The notes beneath the pieces are model-generated. The model made no database searches. It saw nothing but the letters and a program-made list of their open reading frames with translations, and had not been told where the DNA came from. A stretch of DNA of 64,000 nt. It comes from Geosiphon pyriformis uo1 (Eukaryota; Fungi; Glomeromycota). Positions 38,420 to 52,549 of the stretch are shown in pieces. Each line of letters begins with the position of its first letter. The stretch's first letter is position 1. The stretch covers positions 995,965-1,059,964 of the forward strand of contig JAAOMT010000129.1 in the NCBI GenBank assembly GCA_016748015.1, in the 5' to 3' direction. The translations under genes were made by a program, and so were the position numbers.

Positions 38420-39599
38420 TATTTGCAATAATTCAAAGTGTAATTGAATGCAATAATTAGATTATGTATACACCAAAAAACCAAGTATTTTGAATTAAAA
38501 TTTTAAAATTATACTAAAATTAATTGAAATTCAAGTAAATTTCACCAAAATTAAAATATAATTATTCAAAAATTACATAAAAATTTTTTATTTTTCAAAA
38601 AAAATAATGCTTAAAAATAAATATACTTATATAAAACAAATAGATTTGTTCAAATTATAATTAAGAAAAAATAAGAAATTGATTAAGTATTAATTTTAAT
38701 AAAATTAATAAATAATTTAACATTTAAATCATTCTCAAGTTTAGACTTAATTATTAAAAAATTCTATTTTTGTAAAATAAAATAAAGTAATATTAGCAAT
38801 TAGAAAAGTTTTAAAAACTGTTTAATTAACAGAACTTTTAAAAATCAAAAAAAAATTATTAGCAACAATTAAACTTGTAATAGTTTATTTTAAAATTTTA
38901 TCAAAAACTATTTAAAATACAAATAACATTATACTCTTTTAAAACAGACAAATTATTAGTAACATTAAAAAAAATTTCAATTATTTATACCGAAATTGTA
39001 TTTTTGAAATTAAAAAAAAATTAATAGTTCATACAAGTAAAATTGTTTTTAAAATAATAAACAACATATTATAAAATTTTGAAATAAGTAAAAACAATTT
39101 TTAATTACATTTTATATTTTTGTTCTAATTATTGTAAATTTGATTTTGGGATTTAAAATTTTAAAAAAATAAAAACTAAATGAGCAAATAAAATTGTGTT
39201 TATATTATTTTTGTTATATCGTACTAAATTATCATTTTTTAATATTAAATAATTTTACAGACAAAAATAATTGAAAACACAAAATGAATTATTTATTTAA
39301 AACCGTATTTAACAAAATTAAAAAATATATAATTATTAAATAAATTAATATTATAGTTCATTTTACACATAATTTTAATAATAACAAATTATTATTTTTG
39401 TTGCTTAAATAAATGTAGTTTTATCATTAATATAATATATATGTTTAAATAAATGTGATTTTGCATGTTTTTATATATATTATTGGCTATTTCAACATAT
39501 AAAGATTATATTACATTAAAATACCAGTATTTATTATTATATAAATAATATATTCTGTAGTTTTATAAGCTTTAATACCATTTAACAAATTCTAAATAT

Positions 39600-40350
39600 A
39601 TATTTTTTGTTCATATTAGTAAACAAAAGTTTTATCAAGATGTTCAAAACTTTTAATTGTTTTTTAAGCTAACATATTCAATAAAAAACCTGTAAAAAAA
39701 TTACCAATATTATAAAACAGCTTTTAAAAAATAATCAGAAATTTAAAACTAAATTTTAAAGTAAACAGTAAATATTGTTACAAATTAGCAAAATTTATTT
39801 TTGATAATAACAATTTACTAAATAATGTAAAAGCATTCTTAATATTATTAAGAAATATATTAAAAAAAAACATTATAAAATACAATATTAACAAAGAAAA
39901 AAACTGATTTTAAATGTAATAATAAAAATTAATTCAATAAGCTTAATTTTGGCAATATTCAAAAATTTCTTAAAATGCAAAGTCAACAAAACAAAAAAAC
40001 ATTTAAAAAGAGTTTTTATATATTGAATTTGATTTTAAATAAAACACTAAAACAAAAGCTAATTATTTAAAAATTTTTAACAGCTGGTAATAATAATTAA
40101 AACTATTTCTTTAGAAAAAAACTTCTAGTTAAAAAGAAAAATAGTGCTTTTAAAATAATCAAAAGTTGGTTTAAATTAATAATATTTAAGCAAAATGCCT
40201 TTATAATATTTTGTTTAATTGTTTTTATTATTAAAAAACCTTTTTTGGTTGATGTTTCCTAATTATATTAACAAAAAATAGGGTTGTTTTTTTTGCACTA
40301 GTTATAACCATAAAATCTAAAAAACTAAAAGACAAAGAGATTTTTTTATT
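39600..40350 (-). mobile_element. Strongly AT-shifted fossil related to the ORF1-only element at 16-18 kb (may extend further left)
   Basis: Reverse strand reads MVITSAKKTT...KKGFLIIKTIKQNIIKAF (compare MTMTKTKNKKA...KDLSVIEAVKHNVLT at 16033), plus a segment matching 17015-17200. Confidence 0.5.
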
Positions 40351-40821
40351 TGTCAAAATTTTAAAATTAAAATTATAAAATTTACAATATTTATTAAAAT
40401 TATCTCATATTATTTAAAATAATAATAACATTGAACAATCAAAATAACAGAGTTTATATTTATAATTACTTCACATTACATCAAATTAAATTAAATCAAA
40501 TTATTTTTATTATATTAACATAATAAATTTTTTTAAAAGAATTGATATTAATACTTAAGCAATATATATTATTTTCTTAATTTTTATAATTTTTGAATTG
40601 ACTAACTCTTAACTTATTTTAAATAATAAAATTTATCATGAATATGTTTATATATTTTTATAATTATTGATTCTATACATTTAATTAATATTTTGTTATA
40701 ATAAGACTTTGAAGAATTATTCTGTTGTATAAACTTATTGCACCGAGCCAAATTATATTATTATTATTACAATACTTTTAGCGAAATAATTGAAACCAAA
40801 TAACTTCGAATGATCATTAAA

Positions 40822-42460
40822 TTATTGCTTTTTATCAACCGCAATTTCACTTTCAAATCGGCATTTTCCCATTGTGATTCCAAAATATGGACCAGTGTGT
40901 TGTGAATGATCTTTTTGTAAATCTCGTGGAGTATTTACACATTCCTTTCAGAATTGGGCAAAACAAAGAAAAAATTAGTAATTGTAAATGATATTTCCAA
41001 GAGTCCTTGAGAACACAACCCCCAAATTATCAAAGCCTTACATGATTCTCGCCTCCATCTATACCAGGACAATCAAATATCCAATTAGGCAATTTGCTTA
41101 TCCATATTTCGCCTCCGGTATGTATGTATCCTTGGGAATTTGGAGGAAATGATGGGACGCTATCTTTATAATTGGTGATTCGATTAATTTGTAACGTATG
41201 ATTAAAACTGTCAACGTAGTTCGCAAATACAGCGTTTCCAATTCTTGGTTGACCGAATGTGTATACTTGTATTTTTTGCAATTCAGGGAATTTTTTTTGG
41301 ATATCGAGAGCTGCTAGAGTTGCATAGGCTGCAGGTTTGGTATAGTAAAATAGTTAAATTCATGATCTTGAAAAAAAACTGAATTAAAGACATTTTAAAG
41401 GCTAATAACCTACCACCACCTAACCCATCACCAATCAAAATAACTTCAAAGCCGTGATGTTCAGGTCTTTGTAATATGTCTTGAGCAATCTTCAATATTT
41501 CAGCTTGTGCCGTCAAATAATTTTGATATATTCCACCGTGTATCATGAGACCTTTCGGCATTGACCCTTTAGTCGATACCAATTTATTGTCGTTGAATGG
41601 CCAATCTTTAAGGGTTAATAATTGTTTTGCACTACGAAAACTAAAGTATATTTGCTTTTTGGACTCAAGCACCAAAACAAAGCCTATAATTTTGGAAAGA
41701 ATAAGATGAGGAAGGAGGGTTATGAGTTTAAATTAAAAAACAATAAAAATTTAATTTATTTCTCATAAACAAGGTTTTTACCTCGAATTTTATCTGAAAA
41801 TGCCATATCACCATAGGTACCACAATAAGCTTCATTAGCGAAGAATGCATACTCTTGTAACCTTAAAAAAAATTCATTAGATGTTATTCGTTTTCTGTAT
41901 TTTGTTTCCTGTACTTGTGGGTTCCCGTTAAATAAACCATTGAATAATGAAGAAGCTAGTCGTGAATCTTGTTCAGCTTCAAAAGTCTCATCTGTTGTAC
42001 TATGTTTCATTTCGTTGTCACCGTGAAGGAAATCTGTGTCTTGACTTAAAACGAATGGGTTGGAAGCAGGTTCGTTGAGTTGGTTTAGGTTGGAGGAAAG
42101 TGATATAGTATTCAATTCATCAGTTGGGCTTTCGTTTATCATCGATATGGACTGCTGAATCAATTGTTCGTTCAATTGATCCTGATGAATTGAATCATTA
42201 TCTATTAAAGAAACTTGATCTGATTGGGCAGGAAACGTTTGTTCAACAGGTAATGACACCGAGGGAATACTGAGAGGGACTGAATTGAAGTCGTCTCTCG
42301 AATTTTTATCGAAATAATTTTCTTCAAAGTTAGTGGTGATTAATTCGGTATTATTTAAACCTTGATTGTGATAATACAGTGGTTTAGCATGTACGAAAAG
42401 TGAATTCAACAGGAATGATAAAGTGAAGGTGACGAATGTAAAATTGTGTCGTAGTAACAT
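40822..42460 (-). CDS. Secreted class-3 lipase-fold protein, catalytic Ser replaced (GDGLG); 4 exons
   Basis: Signal peptide; long acidic pro-region; FANEAYCGTYGD; MIHGGIY; VILIGDGLGGAYATLAALD; YTFGQPRIGN; DSVPSFP; YIHTGGEIWI; HTGPYFG. ORF intact. Confidence 0.88.
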
Positions 42461-43172
42461 TTTTAGTGGTGAATTATTTCTTTTCTTATTTAATTTCGTA
42501 TAGTATTTTTAGTATTCGTTGCACTATTAATCACTAAAACTGAATTGCAGAATTTTAGAAAGAAAATTCAAAGAATTTAAATAGTATTACGAGGGGAAAT
42601 ATTTCATCATTTAAATCATTACCTTTGAAATATTCTCACTCAAAGTTTAATCTTTTAGGACCTAACGATAAGCCAAAAAAAGAAGTTAGAGTAAAAATAT
42701 TGCCAAGCAAAAGTTTTATCCACTACTCAATTACATCAATAATAACCAAAATAAAACAATTCGCGAGGATGTATTTATTTTATTAGTAATTTATTACTGA
42801 ACTCGAAAATCTTCCAGAAAAGATTGATATTAAGATTTTCTCAGATTCAAACTTTCGTGGGAACTAGATATATAAGTGAATATATTTATCTACGTGTTTG
42901 TACTATATACATTCAAGAAATCCGCGTGTCGTGAGAATCTACCTTAGCGAATCGTCATCAAGTTCCCAAACTAACGGCCACACAGACATCTTTTTCGTTT
43001 TGGTTTTAACACATGGAATCAAAAATCTTATCTATTGTTTTTATTTGGTAGGAGAGCCCAAATATGATGATGATTATGATTATGATGATGATGATGATGA
43101 TGAACAAATTCCCACGTACCATTGGGTAGTTAAAAATGCGTTTGAACCGAATCTTTTGGAATGGATCCTGAT

Positions 43173-43762
43173 TGACGAGATTCAAATATCTCGCCATTTA
43201 AGAATTATATGTGGCCAAGAGTGAAAATAAAATAAATTCGTTAAAATGAGAAATATTTTTTAACGTAGTTTTATTTTCGTTATTATTTAGATAAAATTTT
43301 TTTTTCACATTCAGTGTATCGTGGCCCGATTTGGAAATCAAAATTTAAAAACAAGGTTCTTATTAAGTAAATGTTAGCTGTTAATTACATATTACCAAAT
43401 TAAGGCTAAAAATCTAACTCTTTTGGGATTGAATTTTCCCACAGCTCATTTTTATTCGCATACACATATTCCATAAATGTTCGATCGGGTTTAAGTTAGG
43501 GAGATTGAGATGGCCAATCGAGTAATCCAATCTCATTTTCGCGAACCAAATTTTCGAATCATTATCTTGGGTGAAAAAGAATTTTTTCTTTATTAAGTAT
43601 TGTCTCCAAAAAGCGAGCCTAATAGATTTTTATTCTATATATCAACTTAGTCATCTGCATAATTAATTACATTAAATAAATTTTTATTATTTGAGCGAAT
43701 TTATTTTATTTACTCTTGGCCACATATAATTCTTCAGATAGCGAGATATTCGAATTTCGTTA
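43173..43762. repeat. ~73-bp imperfect inverted repeat pair enclosing ~440 bp (MITE-like)
   Basis: 43173-43246 TGACGAGATTCAAATATCTCGCCATTTAAGAATTATATGTGGCCAAGAGT... is the near reverse complement of 43689-43762. Confidence 0.75.
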
Positions 43763-44264
43763 TTTTTTTTCTGTGTTTAATTTCTTCTGTGAGCAACTGT
43801 AATTATTATGACTTGGAGTTTTTAACCTAAAGTCTAGCTTGTCTAATTTGAAATTATATTTTTACTTTGAGAATAAATTTTTTTATCCGAATCTTTAAAT
43901 ATTTTTGCTAATTAAGAATATATAACATGGATTATCATTTCCAATCTATTATTTTTCTTCAAAAAAAAGGGGTTTTATCCATTTTCAATTTAATCACAAA
44001 TAGTTTTTCGATGGATTGGTTGGTTGGTAACTACAAGGGAAATAACCTTACCATTAAATTCTTATTTGCAGAAAAGTATTTGAAAATTGATATTATGAAA
44101 TTACAAGAATTAATTCATTAAAATTTTTATACAAAAATCTTCTTTTATCTTGAAAGAATTTATTATAATATTATCTACAAAAATTACGCATTTGCACTTG
44201 AACTTTACTTCCACACTTTAGCTTAATAATAAAAATTAATTATTTCGCATGCTACCTAATATGA

Positions 44265-46748
44265 TCAGTATCTATCAGATAGATTATCAGATGGATCATA
44301 AAATGGATTATTATTGTTATTAGATGACCTGTTAAAGTCTGATGGCCATGGTTGTGGTTGTTCCCGTCTTGATGGTTTCGGTAGCAATGGAGGTGGAGCT
44401 CGAGTGAGAATGTGCTGATCAATGCTATTCCTTTGCAATTCAGTATTAGTTGTAGGTAAGGTTTTGGTTGGTTTCGGTGGTAAGGGAGGCTTTTCTCTGG
44501 ATTTTAGAAATAGCTCTGGCATTTCTTGAGTTTGTCTGGTCGAAGTTTGTGGTTTAATATTGGATTTTCGCTTGATAAATGACTCGATTCGGGGTTTCAT
44601 GCTTTTCACATTTGATAAAACGTTACATTGTGATGGGTTGTGAGAAGCAATCATTGATGATTTTTCTTCGTCAATTGATTTCATAGCCAGTGTCGAATTG
44701 TATGGATTTACCAAAAAATCGTTAGATTCTTTTGTCAATTTATGATCATCACCATTATTTTTCCTTTCTTGATAAATGAACCATATAACGCGAATGATTC
44801 CCATCAGAACAAGAATCCACCAACCGGCAATCAAAACCCAAAATAATGGCAGCTCAGAACGTAATCCATTTTCATATTGATCAAAAAGTCGACCAATTTC
44901 ACCACCCGTAGAACCGGCATCTTTCGAACCGATGAGTTTATCTGTTATCTCACCTACTACTTCATTCATGGTCGAATTATCAACCATCAAGATGTTATCA
45001 TTAACACGAGGTAATTCAATATGGGCGTTGTCTTTGATAAATTTCAAACCAGTCTGAATTCCACGAATTTTCACTAATAATAAACAGTTTACTAATTGAT
45101 TCGCTACGTTCATGAATACTGGAGCTTGCTGAAAAGTGTTTTTCACAAATTTGGTGATTTCATCCACGGCAGAGTTAAGAGTTGAATTAAGGGTGGTTGT
45201 TGTTATATTTACCCAACCTAAAAATTCTTGATTTATCTCATTCTCAACATTTGAAACTGCTTTATTAACATCTCTTGAAAAACCCCTTGAAGTTGAGCCC
45301 ATATTAGAATTGATCCTATTCAGTACGGAATTTCCAAAAGCGTTAAAAGTTTCTTCAATCGGTTTTCGATAATTGTGGCGAATTATTTTAATCATAGCAA
45401 TTTGAAAGTATACACCCAAGATCCCAATAACGCCGATTAGTAAGCATATGAGAGCAGCTTTTTGAAGAATGAAATCCAAAAACCAACGATATAAATATTG
45501 ATGTTGGACATTATTAAAAAATTTCGAGGTTTTAATGAGCCAGCGGGATATTAATGGATGTTCAGCAATCTTGATAAGTTCAATAGTTGATTGACGAGTA
45601 AAAGTGACCGTGACTAGACGAATTGTAGTGGTTACTCGATCAACATGAATGATGAATCGACGATGAGAATACCAAATTGAAGCTGCATTTGCCACAATTA
45701 GAAGAATTCCAATTATGAATAATATGGCGAGACCAATATATGCAGCTTTGGTAAGATCACGAGCAATGTCATCAATTATATCAAGTTTCAAGTTTTCAGC
45801 ACAAAATACAACTTTATTTCGGCCTGGAACCGGTAAAACTGATTCTTTGAATTGTATTTTAGAAAGGGTATCCTTGATTACTTGTTGAAGTTTATCAAAT
45901 GGAATTGAGATAAGATCGTCAAGTTTTGATTCAATATCGTTCATTGTTGGCATGGTATTGTTTAGGTTTTGAAGATCTTGACCAAGATTGTCTGGAAATT
46001 TGAAATTCGCTAGATCCTCCGTGGCAGATATTGATATTGGGGGGAATTTAAAAGCATTACTTCCTAATAATGATCCAGCGGATCCGATAGCTTTTCTTGC
46101 AGACTCTAGGCCAGCATTAGCGGTGGAAACTTGATCATCAATCTCAGTTTTGATAAAGTTCAACTTATCAGAGGTAAATTTCGATAAAGTGTTCACGACA
46201 TCGGCAACCGCACCTATTGACCCACGAATGGCAAATTCCAGCAAACAACGATAGGTCCTTCGAAAATGATGTATCATCCAAATTGTGACTCCTTTTAATG
46301 CAACAAAAGCTAAATCTAATGTTTGAGCAGCAGCACGGATCGTGAATTGAACGTTTTCAACGGTTGCTCGATTAAATCCACCAGCCATAAAGTGAGGAAA
46401 TGAAGTCATAGTCGATGTAGCAAGTTCCAGTGAATTGCATGATCGGATTGCAACTTGTTTGATATCGTCAACAATTGGTGGTATGGATCTCATGGCGGCT
46501 AAAAGACGAAAGGCAACAAAAAGTAGCGCAATTATTGGATATGTCAACCAGGCAGTCGCAAGTTTAGCACGTAAACCAATATATGGTTGAATTTCGTTAT
46601 CTTCCATAGGAGATATTGGAATTTTATTCGAAACTTTTTTATAAAAATCAAAACGAAGTTAGAAAGAATTTATCATGATTGGGGAATTGAGTCAAAGTTT
46701 CCATATTTTACCTGAATTTTTGTCATTATACGTTGTTGATGATTTCAT
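44265..46748 (-). CDS. PRM1: Plasma membrane fusion protein Prm1; main exon includes 44265-46607, probable short first exon 46712-46748
   Basis: PYIGLRAKLATAWLTYPIIALL matches the Prm1 N-terminal PYLGLRARL motif; C..LE.ATS.M.S.PH.MA, TYRCLLE, GWVNITTTTLN, CLLLVKI.GIQ.GL..I; multiple TM helices. Confidence 0.88.
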
Positions 46749-47850
46749 GGGAGAGACAATAGAGGGATTTCGTTCTCGTTGAAAACTTGAGAGATTTGGT
46801 AAAGTAAAGGCAGACGACGTGGCTCCAGGCGACGTGACTGTAGGGATCGTATCAAGAGGTGATGATGATGGTGATAATGATGAAGATGAAGAATTTCTCT
46901 GAGGGATTATATTAAATAAAGATAAAATTAATAATTTTTGTTTTCGACACGATCCCCAAGCCTTGCTTAAAAGGGAGTAGCGGTAAGAAAAACGAAGAAA
47001 AGAAGTGGGGAACAAGAGAAAGTTCGATAATTATATTGAGAACAAAAACATGATGACTAAATTGGTTGCAGATGGACAAAAAGGAAACAATGAAATCATG
47101 ATGAAACGTTAACGGAAAGTGGGTGTTTTTTACTCTGTTTGTTTAACAAAGAATCAACATCAACATCAAAATCAAAATAGAACAATACTAAATTTAATAG
47201 CATATATAATATTATGTAGAATACGAAACGATCGTCATCGGGCATGAGTTCTTATCTCAAAAAAATGCGAGTTTGAAAATAAAACGTCTTTTTTTCAAGT
47301 TTTTTTTTTTTTGGGCATAATGACAAAAAAATAATAAAAATTTCTCACATGGGAATTAATTGTTAACAGCGATAATTATGGTAATAAAATTTTTAAATTA
47401 AATTTTGCGAGAAAATTTTTAGGGACATTAAGTTCATGGTGTTTTTGTAGATTTTTGAAAAAACAATTTTTTTGTTTAATATAAATCAAGGGTAAAAATT
47501 TTTGAAAAAAAATATTTCAAAGTTAGTTTCGAGAAATATCATATCATTCGAGATAGTTAATATTTCATTTTTGTAAAATTAAATGTGGAAAATATATACA
47601 AAAAAAATTTATAGATACATTTTAAAAATTAAAAATTAAAAATTAAAATTTTTTTTTTACTTTTTTATTTTCTCAAAAATTTAAGTCATTGAAATGGTTT
47701 AATTTAAAATTGAAACAACATTCTTTGTAAATATTTGTGAAATCGAGTTATTCTGTATCAGTGATATTCATTTATCATTACTTTTGTTGAGATTTTCTCG
47801 GAATCCAAATAATAATAAAAATAAAAAGCTTTTTCCTGATTAAAAGAAAA

Positions 47851-47893
<43 letters not shown>

Positions 47894-50800
47894 GCTATCA
47901 ATAACCAAAAAAGTGAAATTCTAAAAAGAATTGTTTTAAATGATGATGATGATAAATTTTAATTATAACATTTATGGATTCAAGAAAGTGATATACTTTT
48001 CCATTTTCGAAATGTGGCTGAACTAGTTCAAAATTCACCAGGTTGAAAAATTTGATATATATATATATATATTTATTTATTTTTGTATTTTTATGGTTTT
48101 TTTATTCGCCAAATTTTTTTTCTTAGATTCCGATTCTTAATGTAATAAAAAACAAAACGAGGTCCAATATTAATAAACTTTTCTTCTATTAATATTTGGG
48201 GTTTAAACAGTTTTTGTTGTTGTTGTTGTTGTTGTTGTAGCTAAAAAATTTGCAAATCATTAAAAACAATTATTAAATTTTGATATAATTTTTGGATTAA
48301 GCTGAAAAATTTGAAAACAAATTAAAGAAACTAAACTTGATTTAACATTCTAAAGATTATAAATATATATATATATATTTATATATTTATATATACATTA
48401 ACTCTAAAACCAATTTGCAAAGGTTTTTAATAGAATCTTAATTGATTTGTCTTACAGGTTATAATTAGCATTTGTGAAACAACGCGATAATTTGGAAATT
48501 TATATTGGTCAAATTTTAATTTAATTGTATTTGTACCCTAATAAAGTATGAATTTCCAGTGTTGTAATAAAACGGTCAAATAAGTTAAAGAAACAAAGTA
48601 TATATATTTAATGTTTAAGAAATTTTATAACCTTTGAGCTGACAAATAAAAGCAAAGGAATTTGTAATTATATCCAATTTAAGATCTTCTTTCATCTCAA
48701 TCCATTAATGAGGATTTTTACCCAAAAACTTAGCATTATTGTATATCTCGTTTGATAAACTTGAATTTGGATCTATATATTTCTCGATTAAAATGTCCCT
48801 ACTTTTGAAAACTAGAATTTTATTTTTCTTAATAATAAATATCAGCCAATAAACTTTCCTTGATTAAAGAAAAAAAAAAGAATAATTTCTTAAAGAATAG
48901 ACTAGTTAACTTTACCTATTTTTGGCAGCTCCAATAAATAACGCAAGCCATCGAAATTAATTCTTAATTAAACTCACAAATATTTCTATTTTTACACATA
49001 TCCAAGAAGTTTCTGAAACTTACTTGGCTCACTTTATTGAAGTAAATTCATTCATGTGGTCATTAAAAAAGATAAACTCAAAGCTAAGAAATAGTTTTGA
49101 TTGGTCCTATTCAAAATCGCTCACTAGCTTATTAAGTAAGAACAGGGTTAAAACTTTAAATTGGGCTTAAAATGCAAATCAAGAAGTGAACCACACTTTA
49201 TCATTACTTGACTAAATTTGTTAAAGAATATTTTAATACTTTTTTCCAATATAGCAAAAAGTATGGTGATCTTTTCTTGGACGTTATAACTTTTTTTAAT
49301 TTTTACCTGAAATTGATTAATTCCTTACTCCTCCAAGTAAAGATATATTCAGGATAGGAAAGGTTTAATATCATTTATCTTGTATATATAATTAATGCAG
49401 TAAGACAACTTCTTTCTCTTTAAACCATTATTTTCAAACTGGTCTTTTTTTTAACCTCATTTTCAAACTTTCAATATCAATTTAATTTATTCTAAATTTT
49501 ACACTTAATTGAAATTTTTTTTTATTTAAAAGATTAATCTTTACTCCTGATAGTAATAAAGTTAAAATTTTTTCAATTGCATATTATCTTTTAGCTATTA
49601 AAAGCAGAAATTAATAAGGACCTTGAAAGTGAATTTGTGACTCATTTTTGAAGTACAAAGTGAGAACCCTAATCTTATTAAAGAAAACTAGTTTTTCAAA
49701 AATAGAAATTCTATAGTCTAAATTTAATATTTTAATGTGATAAAATGGTTTAATAAAAAATTAAAATCAATCCCTGGTTAAGTTCAATATTATGATGATA
49801 TCCTGATATAGACAATTAGCATTATCATTAAAAAAATTTTTTTTGGAATTACGAAAAATCCGAAAGATCGGTATCTCAATCAATAAAATAATTTGCCGCA
49901 TTTTTAAAGAAATCATTTCATTTAAAATTTTAAAATTTTACAATTTTTAATTTATATAAAATTCTAATTTTAGGTGTCTTTACATAATTACTAGTATTTA
50001 AAAATAAATAAATTTTTATTTCTTTGAAGTTTAATAATAGATTTTTGGCAAAAAGTACCAAAAACCGTCTTTGTAGCCTGAAAAATAAATAGAGCAAAAG
50101 GTACTTATTTAATGAGTCTTTAAAAAATATTTATCTTTTAAAAAAGTAAAATTCTAATTTCAAAAAAATTAAAGTTTCGCATAAATACTGAAACTAGACT
50201 TTTGAATCAATTACTATAACATTCAAAGATATCGCCTTTGTGGCTTTCAAAAATTCGTTGCGTCTATTCTATATACTTATAAATATTTGAATTTCCACAT
50301 GCCCATGTTCCCCAAGTTTTTGAAAATTGCGATAATTCACAAGATGTACATCAAAGTGGATCTTTTAATAGGCAATAGCATTCTTGACATTTTGGCAAGC
50401 TCACGTCAGACATATTTTGCATAGTAGATCTAGTAATTGTTATGCACAAGTTGCCAAAATCACCTATTATCACTCGATTTCATGGTTGACTTTTTTTAAT
50501 TTTAATTTTGTGATAAGAACTAATATTATTAATAGCTCAATATATCTCTTATCTCATCAAGAAAGGGAAGATCAAGTGATATCAATATGCAAAGCATTAT
50601 CTCGAAAGGAGAAAATCAAGTGATATTGATATATAAAACATTATTTCTCAAGATCTGAAGGCCTCAAACATTCTCTTTAGATCAAACGCTGAGCCCTTTT
50701 TTATGGTTTTTTTTTCTTTTATTAGCACAAAAAAACCTATATATTTAGATAAAAAAAGTTTTTATAAATTTGCACTGTGATACTTTGGAAAAAAGCGTTA

Positions 50801-50929
50801 AAAAAAAAAACTCCATCCAAAATACGATGGATATTAATAATTAAATGCAAAGGAATGTTCATTGCGAGCATTTATTTTTTTTAGTATTAATTAATTAGTT
50901 TAGTTATTCTTTGGTCAGAAAATATGATT

Positions 50930-52030
50930 TTTTTCCTGGTCCGTTGAGTAATCTGTCGAGTTATTTTCTTCTTGGACTGCCTGGTTCATCACTTCTTGAT
51001 TAGATGTTTTAATTTTGAGTGATACTCTTCTTGGTCTTCCTGGTCTGTCACTTCTTGATTAGATTTTCTAATCTTGATTGATTCTTGGTCTGTCTGGTCC
51101 GTCACTTCTTAATTAGATGTTCTAATTTTTGAGTGATTCTCTTCTTCTTGGTCTTCCTGGTCTGTCACTTCTTAATTAGATGTTCTAATTTTGATTGATT
51201 CTTTTTTTTGGTCTCTTTGGTCCATCCTTTTTTAGTTAGATATTTTGATCAAATAAAATTAGTACTTTTTTGAATAAATGCTCACATCTCTCTTAATACA
51301 TTTTGAAAATCACTAGGTTAGTTGCTGACTTTTTAGCTCAGTCAAAATGTCGATCAAGTTTTTTAATTTCCCTTTCAAAGTCTATCTTTATTATTAATCA
51401 AAGTTTTTAATTGTTATATTAAATCAAAAATTTACATAATTATGAAAAAACAGAAAGCATAATACTCATAAACTGGCAATATCTTTAACATGTGTCAGTA
51501 TTTCAATTAATGTATTCAATATGGGCATTCAAATTTTAAAAAATTACTTTAATATTTCAATTTATTTGTCTTTGCTATTAAATAAAGTTCAAAATGCTTT
51601 TTCTAGATTTGTCGTTGTTCCTTATCCATTTTGATAGCATGCAAGGTAAATTTTATGCACCCCTTTGCTGCTTTTGATTAGAGTTTAAATGATTTTTCCT
51701 CATTTTCCTCCATTATTATAACAAACTCCAAGATTGTATTATGCTTTTGAATAGAGTTCAAACACTTTTCCTCTATCTTTGTGAAGCACCAATTCCATTA
51801 CTGTAACAATGACCTTAAAAGAATTTTCTGCATTTCATTACTTTTGTTAAATTGGGAATAGTTTCAATCCCCATGTTCCATAGTCTATCAAACTTTTTGA
51901 ACTTTTTTCATTCAAGTAATCGAATAAATCTTTGTGTGTTTTCTGATTAAATCACCAACTTTTGAATAATAATAGTAAACTTTCTTTATTGAACCAAGAG
52001 ATGAAGTTGAAGACTTTCTTTTCAAACAAT
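50930..52030 (-). pseudogene. Sel1-like repeat (HCP-like) protein pseudogene ending in a repetitive acidic tail
   Basis: Reverse-strand fragments GHCYSNGIG, KVFELYSKA, YNLGVCYNNG and ACYQNG*GTTTNLEKAF, broken by frameshifts and stops. Confidence 0.6.
50960..51250. repeat. ~50-60 bp tandem repeat (about 5 units)
   Basis: Unit TCTTCTTGGTCTTCCTGGTCTGTCACTTCTTAATTAGATGTTCTAATTTTGAGTGAT; the minus strand encodes SNQEVTDQEDQEE-type repeats. Confidence 0.85.
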
Positions 52031-52181
52031 ACAAAGGGGCTATAAAAGTTTCAATATTATAAAAATTATATTTCTAAAAAGATTAGGCCTTTAAGAATTA
52101 TTAAAACGTTAGAATATAAAAGAAATGAATTGAACATAGTTCTAAATTGACTATAAATGGCTAGTTATGTTTTAATTATCC

Positions 52182-52230
<49 letters not shown>

Positions 52231-52549
52231 TTTAATCCTAAATTAAAACTAATAGCCCCCTTTTTCTAGGAGTGGTGAGAATATATAATCCAATTGACGA
52301 TTGCTTCTAAAAACTAATTTTAAGAATTTGCATTATCTTTGTGATTAATTATTGCAAGACAATTATCGATTATTAAAACGAGAAAATTAACGCGTTTCTT
52401 AAGTGGTATTCAAAAAATGATTCAATAGAAGAATTTTTTATTTAGATCTTATATCAATATATATATGATTGCTTTTTTGAAGAAGGATATTCTACTCGAA
52501 AAGTTGCTTCTAGTGTTGTATCACGATCTATCATTATATGCATTAAAAA

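Noticed and set aside
48430-49400. Coding-like fragments on the minus strand
   Set aside because: Frequent stops and no recognisable domain.
50960-51250. Tandem repeat considered as a CRISPR-like array
   Set aside because: No unique spacers, eukaryotic context, and units translate into a repetitive peptide.
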